Positions 38,040 through 50,504 of a stretch of DNA of 64,000 nt are shown here, one piece after another (position 1 is the stretch's first letter; the number at the start of each line of letters is the position of its first letter). Made by a program: the position numbers and the translations under genes. This DNA is from Chiloscyllium plagiosum (taxonomy: Eukaryota). The stretch is from positions 399,598 to 463,597 of the forward strand of contig NC_057758.1 of NCBI RefSeq assembly GCF_004010195.1. The letters run 5' to 3'. The notes under the pieces are model-generated. The model saw nothing but the letters and a program-made list of their open reading frames with translations. It had not been told where the DNA came from and did not search any database.

Positions 38040-40445
38040 GGATGGATCAATTTTTGTCCAACGTGTGCAGAAGGTTTTCCTGAGACAATACGTTGAAGGG
38101 TCAACAAGGTGCGGGGAGGAGGTGTTTGGTGGGGAGGCCCCACTGGATCTGGTGCTTGGTAATGAACCAGGTCAGGTGTTTGATTTAGTGGTCGGTGTGT
38201 ACTTTGGAGAGAGTGACCATATTTTACTTACGTTTAGTATAGCGATGGAAAGAGAGCAAGAGTTATCGATGGGGCAAGGGTAATTATAATGCAATCAAGC
38301 AAGACTGAGGATGCATAGAATGGGGTAGCAAAATGCAGGGGACTGGGCAATCGAAATGTGGAAGTAGGTTAAGGAGCACATATTGCGTGTCCCTGATAGG
38401 TATGTTACTGTCAGGCAGGCTGGAACGGATAAAATAAGGGAACCGTGGTTTACGACAGAAATTGCATCTCTAGTTAAGTGGAAGAAGGAGGCTTACGTGA
38501 CAATGAGACGGAATGGTTCAGATGAGGCGATGGAGAGTTACAGATTTGATTGGAAGGATTTAAAGATACACTTAAGGAGAGCAAACACAGAACATAAGCA
38601 GTCTTTAGTACATAGAATGAAGGAGAACCGTCTGGATTTCTATTGGTACGTGAGGAATAAAAGGATGACTAGAGTCGGAATTGGGCCAGTCAAAGACCGA
38701 AGTGCGAAGTTGTGTATGGATTCCGTGGAGATCTGAGACGTGTTAAACGAATATTCCTCAACGGTGTTCACTCAGGAAAAGGGAACTATTGCAGAGGAGA
38801 AGAATGAGACACGAAATATTAGACTAGAGAGGATCGAGGTTAATAAGGAAGAGGTGTTATGAATTCGAGAAGAAGTGAAAAGTAGATAACTCCCTTGGGC
38901 CGGATGGGATTTATCCGAGGATTCTCTGGGAAGCGAGGGAGGAGATGTTGAAGACTTTGGCTTTGATCTTTGAGTCGTCATTTTTTTACAGGTTTATGAC
39001 TAGAGGACTGGATGATTGAAAGTGTCCTTCTTCAAGAAGTGCTGCAGAGATGACCGAGGTACTTATAGAGCAGTGAGCCTTAGGTCTGTTGTCGAAAAAC
39101 GTTTGGAAATGATTATGAAAAAACTATTTATAATCTTCTAGCAAGCAACAATTTGATTGCAGATATTAAACGTGGTTTCGTCAAGAGCAGGTCATGTCTC
39201 ATAAACCTCACTGAGTTATTTTTGAGAAAGTGACCAAGCATGTGGATGAGGGTAGGGCATTGATGTGGTGTACACGGACATCAGTAAGTCCTTAGATAAG
39301 ATTCCACTGTATGGTAGGCTGTTGGACAAAGTGCAGAGGGATGTGATTGAGGGTGGTTTAGCAGTTTAGACTAGAAACTTACTTTCTGAAAAAAAGGCAG
39401 CGAGTGGTGGTTGATGGAAAAGAATTAGCCTGGAGTCCGGTTACTAGTGGTGTGCCACAAGGATCTGTTTTGCCACCACTGCTGGTTGTCATTTTTATAA
39501 ATGACTTAGACGCTGGCATAGGTGGATGGGTTAGTAAGTTTGCAAATGACACTAAAGTGGGTGGAGTACTGGACAGTGTGGAAGAATATTGCAGGTTGCA
39601 GAGTGACTTGGATAAACTACATAAATGGAATGAGAGATGTCAAATGGAGTTCAAAGCAGATAAATGTGAGGTGATTCACTTTGGGAAGAATAACACGAAG
39701 GCAGAATATTGGGTCAATGGAAATATCCTTCGTAGTTTGGATGTGCAGAGGAATCTTGGAGTCTACGCACATAGATCCCTAAAACTAGTCACCAAGGTTG
39801 ATTTTGCTGTTAAGAAGGCAAAGGGGGTGTAGGTTTTATTGGGAGAGACATTGAGCTCTGGAGCTGTAATGTCGTTCTGCAACTGTACAAAATGCTAATG
39901 CATCCGCACTTGGAATATTGTGTACAGTTCTGGTCGCCGCATTGCAGGATGAATGTGGAAGCATTGGAAAAGATGCAGAGGAGATTTACCAGTATGTTGC
40001 CTGGTCTGGAGGGAAAGTCTTATAACGAAAGGCTGAGAGACTTGGGTCTGTTCTCAGTGGAACAAAGAAGGCTAAGAGGGAATTTGATCGAGACATACAA
40101 GATGATCAGAGGAATAAATATAGCAGACAGTGAAAGACGTTTTTTCCTAAGATGATGACGTCAGCTTGTGCGAGGGAGCTTAGCTCTAAATTGAGTGACG
40201 ATAGATTTAACACAGATGCGCGAAATAGGTTCTTTACTCACAGAGTGGTAAGGGCGTGGAATGCCCTCTCCGCCAGTGTAGATAACTCAGCCACGTTAGG
40301 GAGAGTTAAACAATCCTTCGAGAAGCACATGGATGATGATGGGAATGTGCAGTGGGATGGGCTTAGATTCGTTCACAGGTCGAAGTAATATCGAGGGCCG
40401 AAGGGCCTGGTCTGCACTGTATTATTCTATGTTCTCTGGTCTATA
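38040..40445 (+). mobile_element. CR1 LINE ORF2 (EN C-term to RT) and tail
   Basis: LDLVLGNEPGQV..GESDH, GVPQGSVL, FANDTK, tail GGGCCGAAGGGCC..TTCTATG. Confidence 0.92.
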
Positions 40446-40939
40446 TACTCAATCCGCAACGAACTAGATGCCTCATCACACTCTCCAGCCCTATCTCCCT
40501 TGATCACTCAGTTCATCCTTTCCAAATATTTACAACGCTCTCTTTTGAGATCTCATATGGAATCCTCCTCAACCACTCTACCAGGCAACAAATTAAAAAT
40601 CCTAACAATTCTAATTTTAATAGCTTTCTTTGAATGTAAAATACTCATTCCTGGCATAATTCTACTAAATCTCCTTTGAACTCACTGGAGAGCTTTGACA
40701 TCTATCCACAAATACGGTGTGAAGAACTGCACATGATACTTCAAATGTACTCTGCCAATGATTTTTGGAGATGTTGGGGTGTGGATTTATGCACTCTGAC
40801 CATGTTTACGAGTATCCTACAACACTTCTTTACAATGTGCAGATTAATACACTATGCTCTTATTTACAAATATCTTATACACCTTCTTAACGACTAATTC
40901 AACTTGCCTGGATCCTTTCAGAGAATCATGTACATGAAC

Positions 40940-41062
40940 CTGTAGTGTTATGTAGTGTTAGGTAAGGGGTAAATGTAGGGGTATGGGTGGTTTGCGCTTC
41001 GGCGGGTCGGTGTGGACTTGTTGGGCCGAAGGGCCTGTTTCCACACTGTCATGTAATCTAAA
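40940..41062 (+). mobile_element. 5'-truncated HE1-type SINE
   Basis: Near-identical to the 3' half of the SINE at 49291-49591. Confidence 0.85.
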
Positions 41063-41664
41063 ACCTGAAAGTTCCTCTTCTCCTGTCCTTACTTCAATAT
41101 TTCGACTCATGACCCATTTCTAGTTTTTAACCATTGAACTCCTTTCCACTTCAGATACCCTGAAACCTTTCTACTTCTTTTCCAGTTTTCATCCCCTGAG
41201 TTTGTTGCCAACACTTGTTCCTGAACCACCTTCCACCAACTTTGCCACCATTCGAACAGGTTCCTGTTCTGACACATTTCCACTTATGATCCCGAAACCG
41301 TATTCCTGTTTTGAGCCCTTCAGCAACGTTTCCACTTTAGAGTCATAGATTTACAGAAAATCGCATGACAGAAGAAGATCATTCCATCCATTGTGTCTCT
41401 ACCGGGCCCAAGGTGGTCACATTCTCCAACCTTGTCTTTGTAACCTTCTGTTTCCATCACTTTCAATTATATGTCCAGCTCCATTCTGAAACTTACTTTG
41501 CAATCAAAACCACCATTCTCCCAGGAAGTGCATTCCAAATCGAAGCGAAGCAAATTAGCCTCATTTCACTCCTAGCTCTCTAGCTGACAGTCTTGAAGTT
41601 ATGAGCCCTTGTTACTGCAATACAGGAGAATGCATAAAATGCAGGAGAATAATTAAATAAATGT

Positions 41665-41915
41665 GGGTGGTGTAGGAGCTTAGTGGTTGCTCTGTTGCCT
41701 GACAAATGCAGGGAGCAGGATTAGTCACACTGGTTCGGTGAATTGTCCATGCTAAATTGCTCAAAGTGTCCAGGGATGTATCGAGGAGGTAAAGGTGTTA
41801 AGGGCAAATGTCGATCAATAGGGGTCGCGGAATGGATCTGGATGGGTTACTCTTCGGAGTATGGATGCGGCCTTGTTGGGCAAAATGGTGTTTCCACGCC
41901 GTAGTGATTCTAAAT
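41665..41915 (+). mobile_element. Degraded HE1-type SINE
   Basis: GGTGAATTGTCCATGCTAAATTGC body motif. Confidence 0.7.
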
Positions 41916-43801
41916 ATTCTAAAAAAAATAAAAGCGCTTGTACCAGTCCCAAACAGTTTCACAATTGAAATTGATGTCCCATCGTGAATGCAATGTAGGA
42001 AAATTGTCAGCCGAATAATCAACTTTGTTAAAAATGGAACGCCTTATTTTGATGGTAGGAATGATTTACTTTGCGGACGTTCCCTTTCGTTCTAGTGACA
42101 TGGAGGTAAATCCTAGCGAGTTGTGGTGTTGCCACTTGGTGTGATGTAGAATCTACTCTTGTCAATAACATTGAACGTTGAGCTCGAAATGATCTGGCAC
42201 AGAGGAATTTAAATATTTGAGACGAGAAATAAAAGAAAGATAAAATACATAATAACGGAGGAAATGAAAAGTTTTGAATAAATCCTTCAACGACGGTACT
42301 GCAGGTTCGATGGGAGAATGTGCTCCGCTCTCTGTTTGGTTCTTTAAAGGCAGAAATTAATGTTATTCTCTCAGCTTCAGATGCTCTAACTTTCTCCAAG
42401 TGATTAAAATATGATAAGACTGGGTAAAGCATGCATTCCATCTCTGATGGCTTTGGTAAGCGAGCTGTCGCATTCACACAAACAAGAAACAACCAATCAC
42501 TGTCGTGGGTGTGCAACTATGAAGGAGATAATGCTACTCTTAAACTCCAAAAGAGACAGTTTGCAAACTGAGTCCATTTCGGACCTGTGAAATACTCAAT
42601 AGTCAGTGAGAAAATCATCGTTCGTGACCGTCGATATAATGATGCAAGTGCAGTTCATTGCTTCTGATGCATTATTTGATTCTCCCGATACCAAAAAGCA
42701 TATATTCCTCCCATCATGCCTTTGCTCCGGTAATGAGAAGGCCAGTAAGTCCCATTTAATCTGATTTCCCATAAAATTGCATCAATATTGAGTCAAACAC
42801 AACACTCTTTTTGTCGATAATACATATGACCTATTTTACACCTCAGAAATAAATCTTAGTGATTTCTTATTTGATCTGAATACGTTTTGTAATTTCTTCA
42901 TTGACATTTTCCCTTTGGCTGCCAGTTCTTCCCTGTCCTCCAACCATCGATCAGTAACATCTCCCAGCTCACCCATCAACCATTATTAGTTATTATCTGT
43001 GGCACCGCTTACTTGGCAGCAGGTTTTTACGATTCCTCCAACTGTTAGCTCTTATATCTGAAACAACAAAGGGAACAAAACTATGAGGGACTGAATCAAA
43101 GGATCGTGAAGTTGTTATCGCACAACTTCAGGCCATGCGGTAAATTGTTCATACCGAGGTTCAAACAAAGCGAAGACCCAAGAGCAGAGGTAGTCCATTG
43201 AGTCCATCGTAACTGCTTGGCCATTCAATATGAGTATAGCTTATTTCATGTCGACCTCAACGTCACTGACCTGCCCGCTCCCTTCAACCAGTTACTAATT
43301 AGAAATCTGTGCACCTCCTCATTAAATTTACTCAGTGTCTCATTTCCACCGCATCCGAATAGTCAATATCACAGACTCACGAAATTTGAGATAAGCACTT
43401 TTTCCTCACCTTTATTTTAAAACCAATATCCCTTACCCTAAACTCTGACCGTGAGTTGTAGACAGCTTCATATCAGAAACATCCGCTCGCCATCTAATTT
43501 GTCTGTTTGTAGTTCGTTCAGAGAGTGTCAGACAGTCAGATAGGTAGTAGTATTCTCTATTTCATTAAGTGAAAAATCACACAAATCTATGTTCAAGTCC
43601 AATCGGTTTATTTGGAAGGAGTAGCTTTCTGAGTGCTGCTCCTTCTCCATGTAGCTGTGGAGCAAGATCCTAAGAGACAGAATGTATAGCAAAATGTTAC
43701 AATGTCAAAACTGAAACGATATATTGTGCAAACCAAGATTACTGTTAAGCCTTTCATCTTTTATAATAAGTAATAGGTTTCAGTTTATTAATATGTACCA
43801 A

Positions 43802-44430
43802 TGCAGCGAGAGCGAGGCCCAGGGGACTGCTGGGAAAGTACATTTCCCTCTAAAAGGACTTACCTGGAGACTCAACGGCCTGCATTTGCAGGAGCTGCGA
43901 GAATGAGGACGAGGCTGCTGAAAGGTAAGTTTCCCTCGAAAAGGACTTACCTCGAGCGACCTCCATTTTAAGCTGCAGCGAAAGTGAGGACCACGTGACT
44001 GCCGGGAAGAGAAAATTCCTGTTGAAAGTACTTGCCTCCAGAGTCAGCGAACTCCATTTTGCAGCAGCAGCAGGAGCAAAGAGGGCGAGGACCAGGGGCT
44101 GCCGAGAAGGTAAATTTCCTTCTGTAAGGGCATACCCTCGAGAGTCAGCGTCCTTCATTTACAGCAGCAAAGTGAGCGAGGACCAGTTGGCTGCCAGGAA
44201 GGCAAGTCTTTTTATTTAAATGGCTTGCCTCATGAGTCAGCAACGTCCATTTTGAAGAAACAGAGGGAGCATTGAGAGGGAGGACCGGAGGCTGTCGGTA
44301 AGGCAAATGTCCCTCTGAAAGTACATACCTCGAGACTCAGCGGCTTCGATTTACAGGAGCAGCAAGAGCAAGTAACAGTGAGGACCACGAGCTCCCATGA
44401 AAGTAAATTAATCCTTTAAAATCATATTGC
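43802..44430 (+). repeat. About 7 diverged tandem monomers (85-100 bp) forming a CR1 5' UTR
   Basis: Recurring GCGAGGACCAG..GCTGC..AAGGTAAGT..ACTTACCTCGAGA.TCAGCG..CCATTTT. Confidence 0.8.
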
Positions 44431-45284
44431 ATAAATTGGCAGAACATATACTGAGCAGGAGCGGACACAGGACGGCGAGGAAACTGAGGATTGGGTGGTT
44501 ACTTTCACCGAACCATGAGTGAGGCAGTCTCTCCCACCCATCCTCTTCCAGTAATGAAAAATAGAGATTCCTTGCGCTGGATTACTTACGTTCCCAGTTG
44601 TTTTCAGTACTCTCCTTAGGAAGTAAGAACAATGCTGATGGATGTTATGGCAGTTGAATTCACCTCCAATGGAATGTGCGAAGTAAGACTCACCACTGGT
44701 GTCCCTGCTGATCTCATCTGCGCGAAGTGCACAAACTCCAGCTCCCCAAAAACCACGTTAGGTTCTGAAGCTGGAGATGGATGAACTCCATATCATTCGG
44801 GAGGCTAAGTGGGTAATTGAGGAGAGATGCAGGGAGGTAGTCGCACCTCAAGTACAGGTAAAAAGTAGTTGGGTTATAGACAGGAAACGGAAGGGGAACA
44901 AGCAGGCAGTGCATGGACAACATGCGGCCATTTCGCTCAATAATAAGAATACCATTTTGGATACTATTGGGAGGGGCGACTTATTGTGGAAAGCCACGGG
45001 GTGCAAGTCTCTGGCATAGTCTGTCCCTCTTCCTCAGAAAAGCAGGGGGAGCGGAGTAAAGTATTAATTATTGGGGTCTTCAATCTTAGATCAAATGATC
45101 GAATATTGTGTGGAATAAGAGAGACTCCATGTGGGTGTTTTGCTTCCCAAATGCCAGAGCCCATGATGTCTTGCATCGTGTCTTTGGGATCCGTAAGGAG
45201 GAGGGAGAGTAGGATGAAGTACTGGACAACAAAGAATATTTACTTCGGGAAACGGGTGGGGCTGTAAGGGAGAAATTCCAGGAG

Positions 45285-45753
45285 AAAGTGAGGACTGCAG
45301 ATGCTGGAGATCAGAGATGAAAATGTGTCCAGCAGGCTAAGATAAAAGGAGGGACTTGGGGGAGGGGCGTTAGAAATAACACGACGGCTGGAGGAAGAGC
45401 GCCTCATCTTCCACTTAGGAACCCTCCAACCACAAGGGTTGAACTCAGATTTCTCCAGTTTCCTCATTTCCCCTCCCCAACGTTGTCTCAGTCCCAAACC
45501 TCGAACTCAGCACCACCTTCCTAACCTGCAATCTTCTTCCTGACCTCTTCGCCCCCACCCCCACTCTGGCCTATCACCCTCACCTTAACCTCCTTCCACC
45601 TATCGCATTTCCAACGCTCCTCCCCCAAGTCCCTCCTCCCTACCTTTTATCTTAGCCTTCTGGGCACACTTTCCTCATTCCTGAAGAAGGGCTCATGCTC
45701 GAAATGTCGATTCTCTTTCTCCTTGGATGCTGCTTGACCTGCTGCGCTTTTCC
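45285..45753 (+). mobile_element. PLE 3' end with inverted 5' piece, inserted in CR1 ORF1
   Basis: 14-bp TSD AGAAATTCCAGGAG (45271-84/45754-67); TRRLEEERLIFHLGTLQPQGLNSDF GIY-YIG C-terminus. Confidence 0.85.
45677..45712 (+). ncRNA. Minimal hammerhead motif in PLE 3' end, slightly degenerate
   Basis: AUUC-CUGAAGA-A-GGGC-UCAU-GCUC-GAAA-U-GUC^GAUU. Confidence 0.65.
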
Positions 45754-48700
45754 AGAAATTCCAGGAGCCGGGTTGGAAGCTTAAACCGAAAACAAGCAGA
45801 TCTATTTACACGTGCCATGTGCTGGCGACGTCAGGAATAAGGAGAGAGAGCAATTGAACATGTGGCTACAAGGGTGATCCAGGGTGGAGTGGTTATTGGA
45901 TAATCCGGGGACTTGGATAATTGAGGCTTATTCTGGAGTATGTGGGACTCTCCAAATTGTGTTGTCTACACTTGAAACACAGCGGTACCTGGGGATCGGC
46001 GGTATAATTTGCTGATGCTAAAAAGTGAATTTAATCTAATTCAGTCGGGAGATGGGAAGCGAATTGTAGCTCCATTGTGCAGGAGATTGAGTGTAATGAG
46101 GTAATAAATAACTTTTGAAGGTTACACTGGTGCACTGGCATGCAGGAAGGTCGTTTGAAGTTTATCTGTTGGCATTCGGAATAAGGTGCATGAACTTGTA
46201 GCATGGGTTGTTATCTGGAACTTCGATGTTGTGGCCAATTCGGAGGCATGGATACAGTAAGGATAGGAATGGTTGTTGTTAAATAGATTCTGGGGTTTAC
46301 ATGTTTCAGTAAGAACAGGGAAGTTGGTAAAAGAGGAGAGTGTGTGGCATTGTTCGTCAAAGAGAGTATTATGGTGCAGAAACGGCGTTTGAAGAGGACC
46401 TGTCTACTGAGGTAGTATAGGCTGAGATTAGGAACAGAAAAGGAGACGGCACCCTGTCAGGAGTTCTCTATCGCGCTCTGAAAAGGTGTAGAGTTGTAGA
46501 GGAAAGCTTTGCAGATATGGTTCTGGATAGCAGCAGAAGTAACAGGGTAGTTGTTATGGGGGTCTTTAGCTTTCCAAATATTCACTGGAAACGCGATAGT
46601 ATCAAGGGAAACAATAGCACTTTATTTTTGTATGTCAGGAATAAAGAATGACGAGAGTACGATTAGGACCAGTCAAGAACAGTAGTGGAAATTTGTGCGT
46701 GGAGTCCGAGGAGATAAGAGAGGCGTTAAATTTTGTTTTTGTCAGTACTCACACTGGAAAACGGCAATGTTGTCATAGAGATTACTCAGATACAGGTTGT
46801 TAGACGGGACGGGATATAGGTTCATAAAGTGGTTTGTTAGCAATTCTGGAAACTATGAAATTAGCTAGTGTGAAACCTGATCCATATGGGAATTATCCTC
46901 GGAGCTTTTACAAGGAGAGTGCAGAGCCTTTGGATTTGACCTTTTTATCATTATTGTCTGCAGTAATATTGCCAGAAGACTGATGAATAGCAAATGTTGC
47001 CCCCTTGCCCAAGAATGGGAGTAGAGACAGCTCTGTTAATTATAGACCAGTGAGTCTGACTTCCGTTGTGGGTGATGTGTTGGAAAGGAATATACGAGAA
47101 AGGAGATATATTCATCTAGAAAGGAATAATGCGAGTAGGGACAGACAACATGGTTTTATGAAGGGTACGTCATGCCTCACAAACGTTACTGAATTCTTCG
47201 AGAAGGTGACCAGACATGTGGATGTGGGTAAAGCAGTTGATGTGTTGCATATGGATTTCAGTAAAATATTTGACAAGATTCCCCGCGCTAGGCTACTGCA
47301 GAAAATACGGAGGAATGAAATTGAGGGCAATTTAGCGATTTGAATCAGATATTGGCTGGCTGAAAGAAGACAGAAAGTGGTGGTTGATGGGAAATGTTCA
47401 TCCTGGAGTTCACTTACTAGTCGTGCACCACAAGAATCTGGTTTGGAGTCACTGCTGTCTGTCTTTTTTTAATAAATTAACTGGAAGAGGGTGTAGAAAT
47501 TATGTAAATTTCTAGATGACACAAAATCGGTGCAGTTGTGACAAATGTGAAAGGATGTTTCAGGTTACAGACAGTTAGCGCTAAGCTGCAGTGCTGGGCA
47601 TAGAGGTAGCATATGGAGTTTAATGTGGAAAGGTGTGCGGTGATTGAGAATGGAAAGAGGAACAGGAATGCAGATTACTGGGTTAATACTAAAATTGTTG
47701 GTCGTGTGGATGAGCAGAGAGACCTTGGTATCTAGGTGCATAAATCCCTGCAAGTTGTCACCCAGGTTGATAGGGTTGTTAAGAAGGCATGCGATATGTT
47801 AGCTATTATTGATAGAGGGAGTGCGTTTCGTCGCCATGAGGTCATGTTATAGCTGTACATAACTCTGATCCGCCTGCACTTGGAGTATTGCATATTGTTC
47901 TGTTCGCCAAATTATCGGAAGGACGTGGAAGCATTGTAGAGGGTACAGAGACGGTTTATCAGGATGTTGCCTGGTATATAGTGAAGGTCTTTTGAGGAAA
48001 GGCACAGGAACTTGAGGCTGCTTTCATTTGAGAAAAGGAACTTGAGAGGTGTCTTAATGGGCACATACAAGATGATCAGAGGACTTCGCTATAATATTCG
48101 ATGTTCTGTGTGTGTGAGTGTGACAGCATATCAGCCTTTTAGACAGTGTGTCCGTGGATGTGAATGTGGTGGGGAGGTGATGTTCGTGTGTTTATGTGTG
48201 TGTGCATATATGTGTGTGTGTGTGTGATAGAGAGAGAGAGAGTGGGTGTTTTTGAGGTGGGGTGTGCGTGAGCGCCTGAATGTGTAAGACAAGGAATGTG
48301 ATTTTGTGTGAGAGTGTGAGAAAGAGAGAAACGCAGAGTATATCTTGTAGTAGAGTCACCTAGAATGTGACATGAACGTAAGGTCCAGCTTGAGGCATCA
48401 CCATGGCGACCGAATTTGGCTATTTGCTTCTGCTTTGTTGTGTATACTAACATCTGCCTTGGAGGTTCGTTAAATGAAGATCCAAGGCCAATTGTCCCTG
48501 AGCGTCGATGTGTTCCTCGACAGGCATTGAACATCCCTGCATGATGATTGTTGTGTGGTGTCCATTAATTTGGTGTCAATCTGCAATTTGAAAGGGATAG
48601 GGTACAATCGGTAGTGACAATATTTCAGTTGAATAAAGGGTACTACGGAGCTATGGGGGAGGAGCTGGCCAAAGTTCAGTGGTGCAATATCTTAGCAGGA

Positions 48701-49290
48701 ATGACAGTGGAGGAACAATGGCGGATATTTCTGTATATAATGCAGACGTTGCATGATCAGTTCATTCCAAAAAGGAAGAAAGATCCTTTGAGGAGGCAGG
48801 GGTGGCCGTGGCTGACGAGGGAAGTTAAGAAACATATAAAATCAAAAGAGAAAAAGTATAACATAGCAAAGATGAGTGGGATAAAGAAGGACTGTGAAGC
48901 TTTTAAAGAACAACAGAGGATTACTAAGCAGGAAATACGCAGAGAAAAAATGAGGTACGAAGGTAAACTGGCCAAAAATACAAAGGAGTATAGTAAAAGC
49001 TTTTTTAGGTATGTGAACGGGAAGGAAATGGTTAGGACTAAAATTGGGCCCTTGAAGACAGAAACAGGGGAATATATGATGGGGAACAAAGAAATTGCAG
49101 AAGAGTGGAATTGGTACTTCAGATCTGTGTTCACTGGGGAAGACACAATCAATCTCCCAGAGGTAACAGTGGCTGAAGGACGTGAAATAAATGGAATTTA
49201 TATTTGCCAGGAATTGGTGTTGGAGAGACTGTTATGTCTGAAGGCTGGTAAGTCCCCGGGGCATGATGGTCTACACCCAGTGTACTAAAG

Positions 49291-49591
49291 TGGGCACGGT
49301 GGCACAGTGGTTAGCACTGCTTCCTCACAGCACCTGAGGCCCGGGTTCAATTCCCGCCTCAGGTGACTGACTGTATGGAGTTTGCACGTTCTCCCCGTGT
49401 CTGCGTTGGTTTCTCCGGGTGCTCCGGTTTCCTCCCACAGTCCAAAGATGTGCAGGTCAGGTGAATTGGCCATGCTAAATTGCCCGTAGTGTTAGGTAAG
49501 GGGTAAATGTAGGGGTATGGGTGGGTTGCGCTTCGGCAGGTTGGTGTGGACCTGTTGGGCCGAAGGGTCTGTTTCCACGCTGTAATGTAAT
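49291..49591 (+). mobile_element. Full-length young HE1-type SINE
   Basis: A box TGGCACAGTGG, B box GGTTCAATTCC, TSD CTAAAG (49285-90/49592-97). Confidence 0.93.
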
Positions 49592-50377
49592 CTAAAGGAC
49601 GTGGCTCCAGAAATCGTGGATGCGTTGGCGATTATTTTCGATAGATTCAGGACTGGATGGTATCTAATGTTGTACCACTTTTTAAGAAAGGAGCGAGAGA
49701 GAAAGCAGGCAATTATAGACCAGTTAGTCTGACCTCAGTGGTGGGAAAGATCCTGGAGTCAATTATAAGGGATGAAATTACGACACATCCGGGTAGTAGT
49801 AACAGGATAGATCAGAGTCAGCATGGATTTATGAAGGGGAAATCATGCTTGACTAATCTTCTGGAATTTTCTGACGATGTAACTCTGAAGATGGACAAGG
49901 GAGATCCGGTGGATGTAGTGTACTTGGACTTTCAGAAAGCCTTTGATAAAGTCCCACATAGGAGGTTAGTGAGCCAAATTAGGGCGCATGGTATTGGGGG
50001 CAAAGTACTGACTTGGATTGAAATTTGATTGGCTGACAGGAAACAAAGAGTAGTGATAAACGGCTCCCTTTCGGAATGGCAGGCTGTCACCAGTGGTGTA
50101 CTGCAAGGATCAGTGCTGGGACAGCAGCTTTTTACAATATATATTAATGATGTCGAAGACATTAGCAAATTTGCTGATGATACAAAGTTGGGTGGCATGG
50201 TGAAATGTGAGGAGGATGTTAGGAGATTACAGGGTGACCTGGACAGGTTAGGTGAGTGGACAGATGCATGGTAGATGCAGTTCAATGTGGATAAATGTAT
50301 GGTTATCCACTTTGGTGGCAAGAACAGGAAGGCAGATTACTACCGAAATGGAGTCAAGTTAGGTAAAAGGGCAGTAC

Positions 50378-50504
50378 CCTTGTTCCCTTGTTCAAAAAGG
50401 GGAGTTTAGTGTAGTTTAGGTGGGCTTGGATCGGCGCAACATCGAGGGCCCAAGGGCCTGTACTGCGCTGTATTCTTCTATGTTCTATATGTTCTATGTT
50501 CTAT
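50378..50504 (+). mobile_element. Micro CR1 insertion: 3' UTR and tail plus a short internal ORF2 piece
   Basis: TSD GTAC; TTGTTCCCTTGTTCAAAAAGGG joined to GGTGGGCTTGGATCGGCGCAAC..(TTCTATG)n. Confidence 0.8.

Larger units (their letters stand above)
43802..48085 (+). mobile_element. Near full-length degraded CR1 (monomers, ORF1 zinc finger/coiled coil/esterase, ORF2)
   Basis: VPADLICAKC..LEMDELHIIREA (44640-44810); NYRPVSLTSVVG..MDFSKIFDK; 3' tail missing. Confidence 0.88.

Noticed and set aside
43802-44430. CRISPR-like repeat array
   Set aside because: Whole units are homologous and degenerate with no unique spacers; vertebrate context; contiguous with CR1 ORF1
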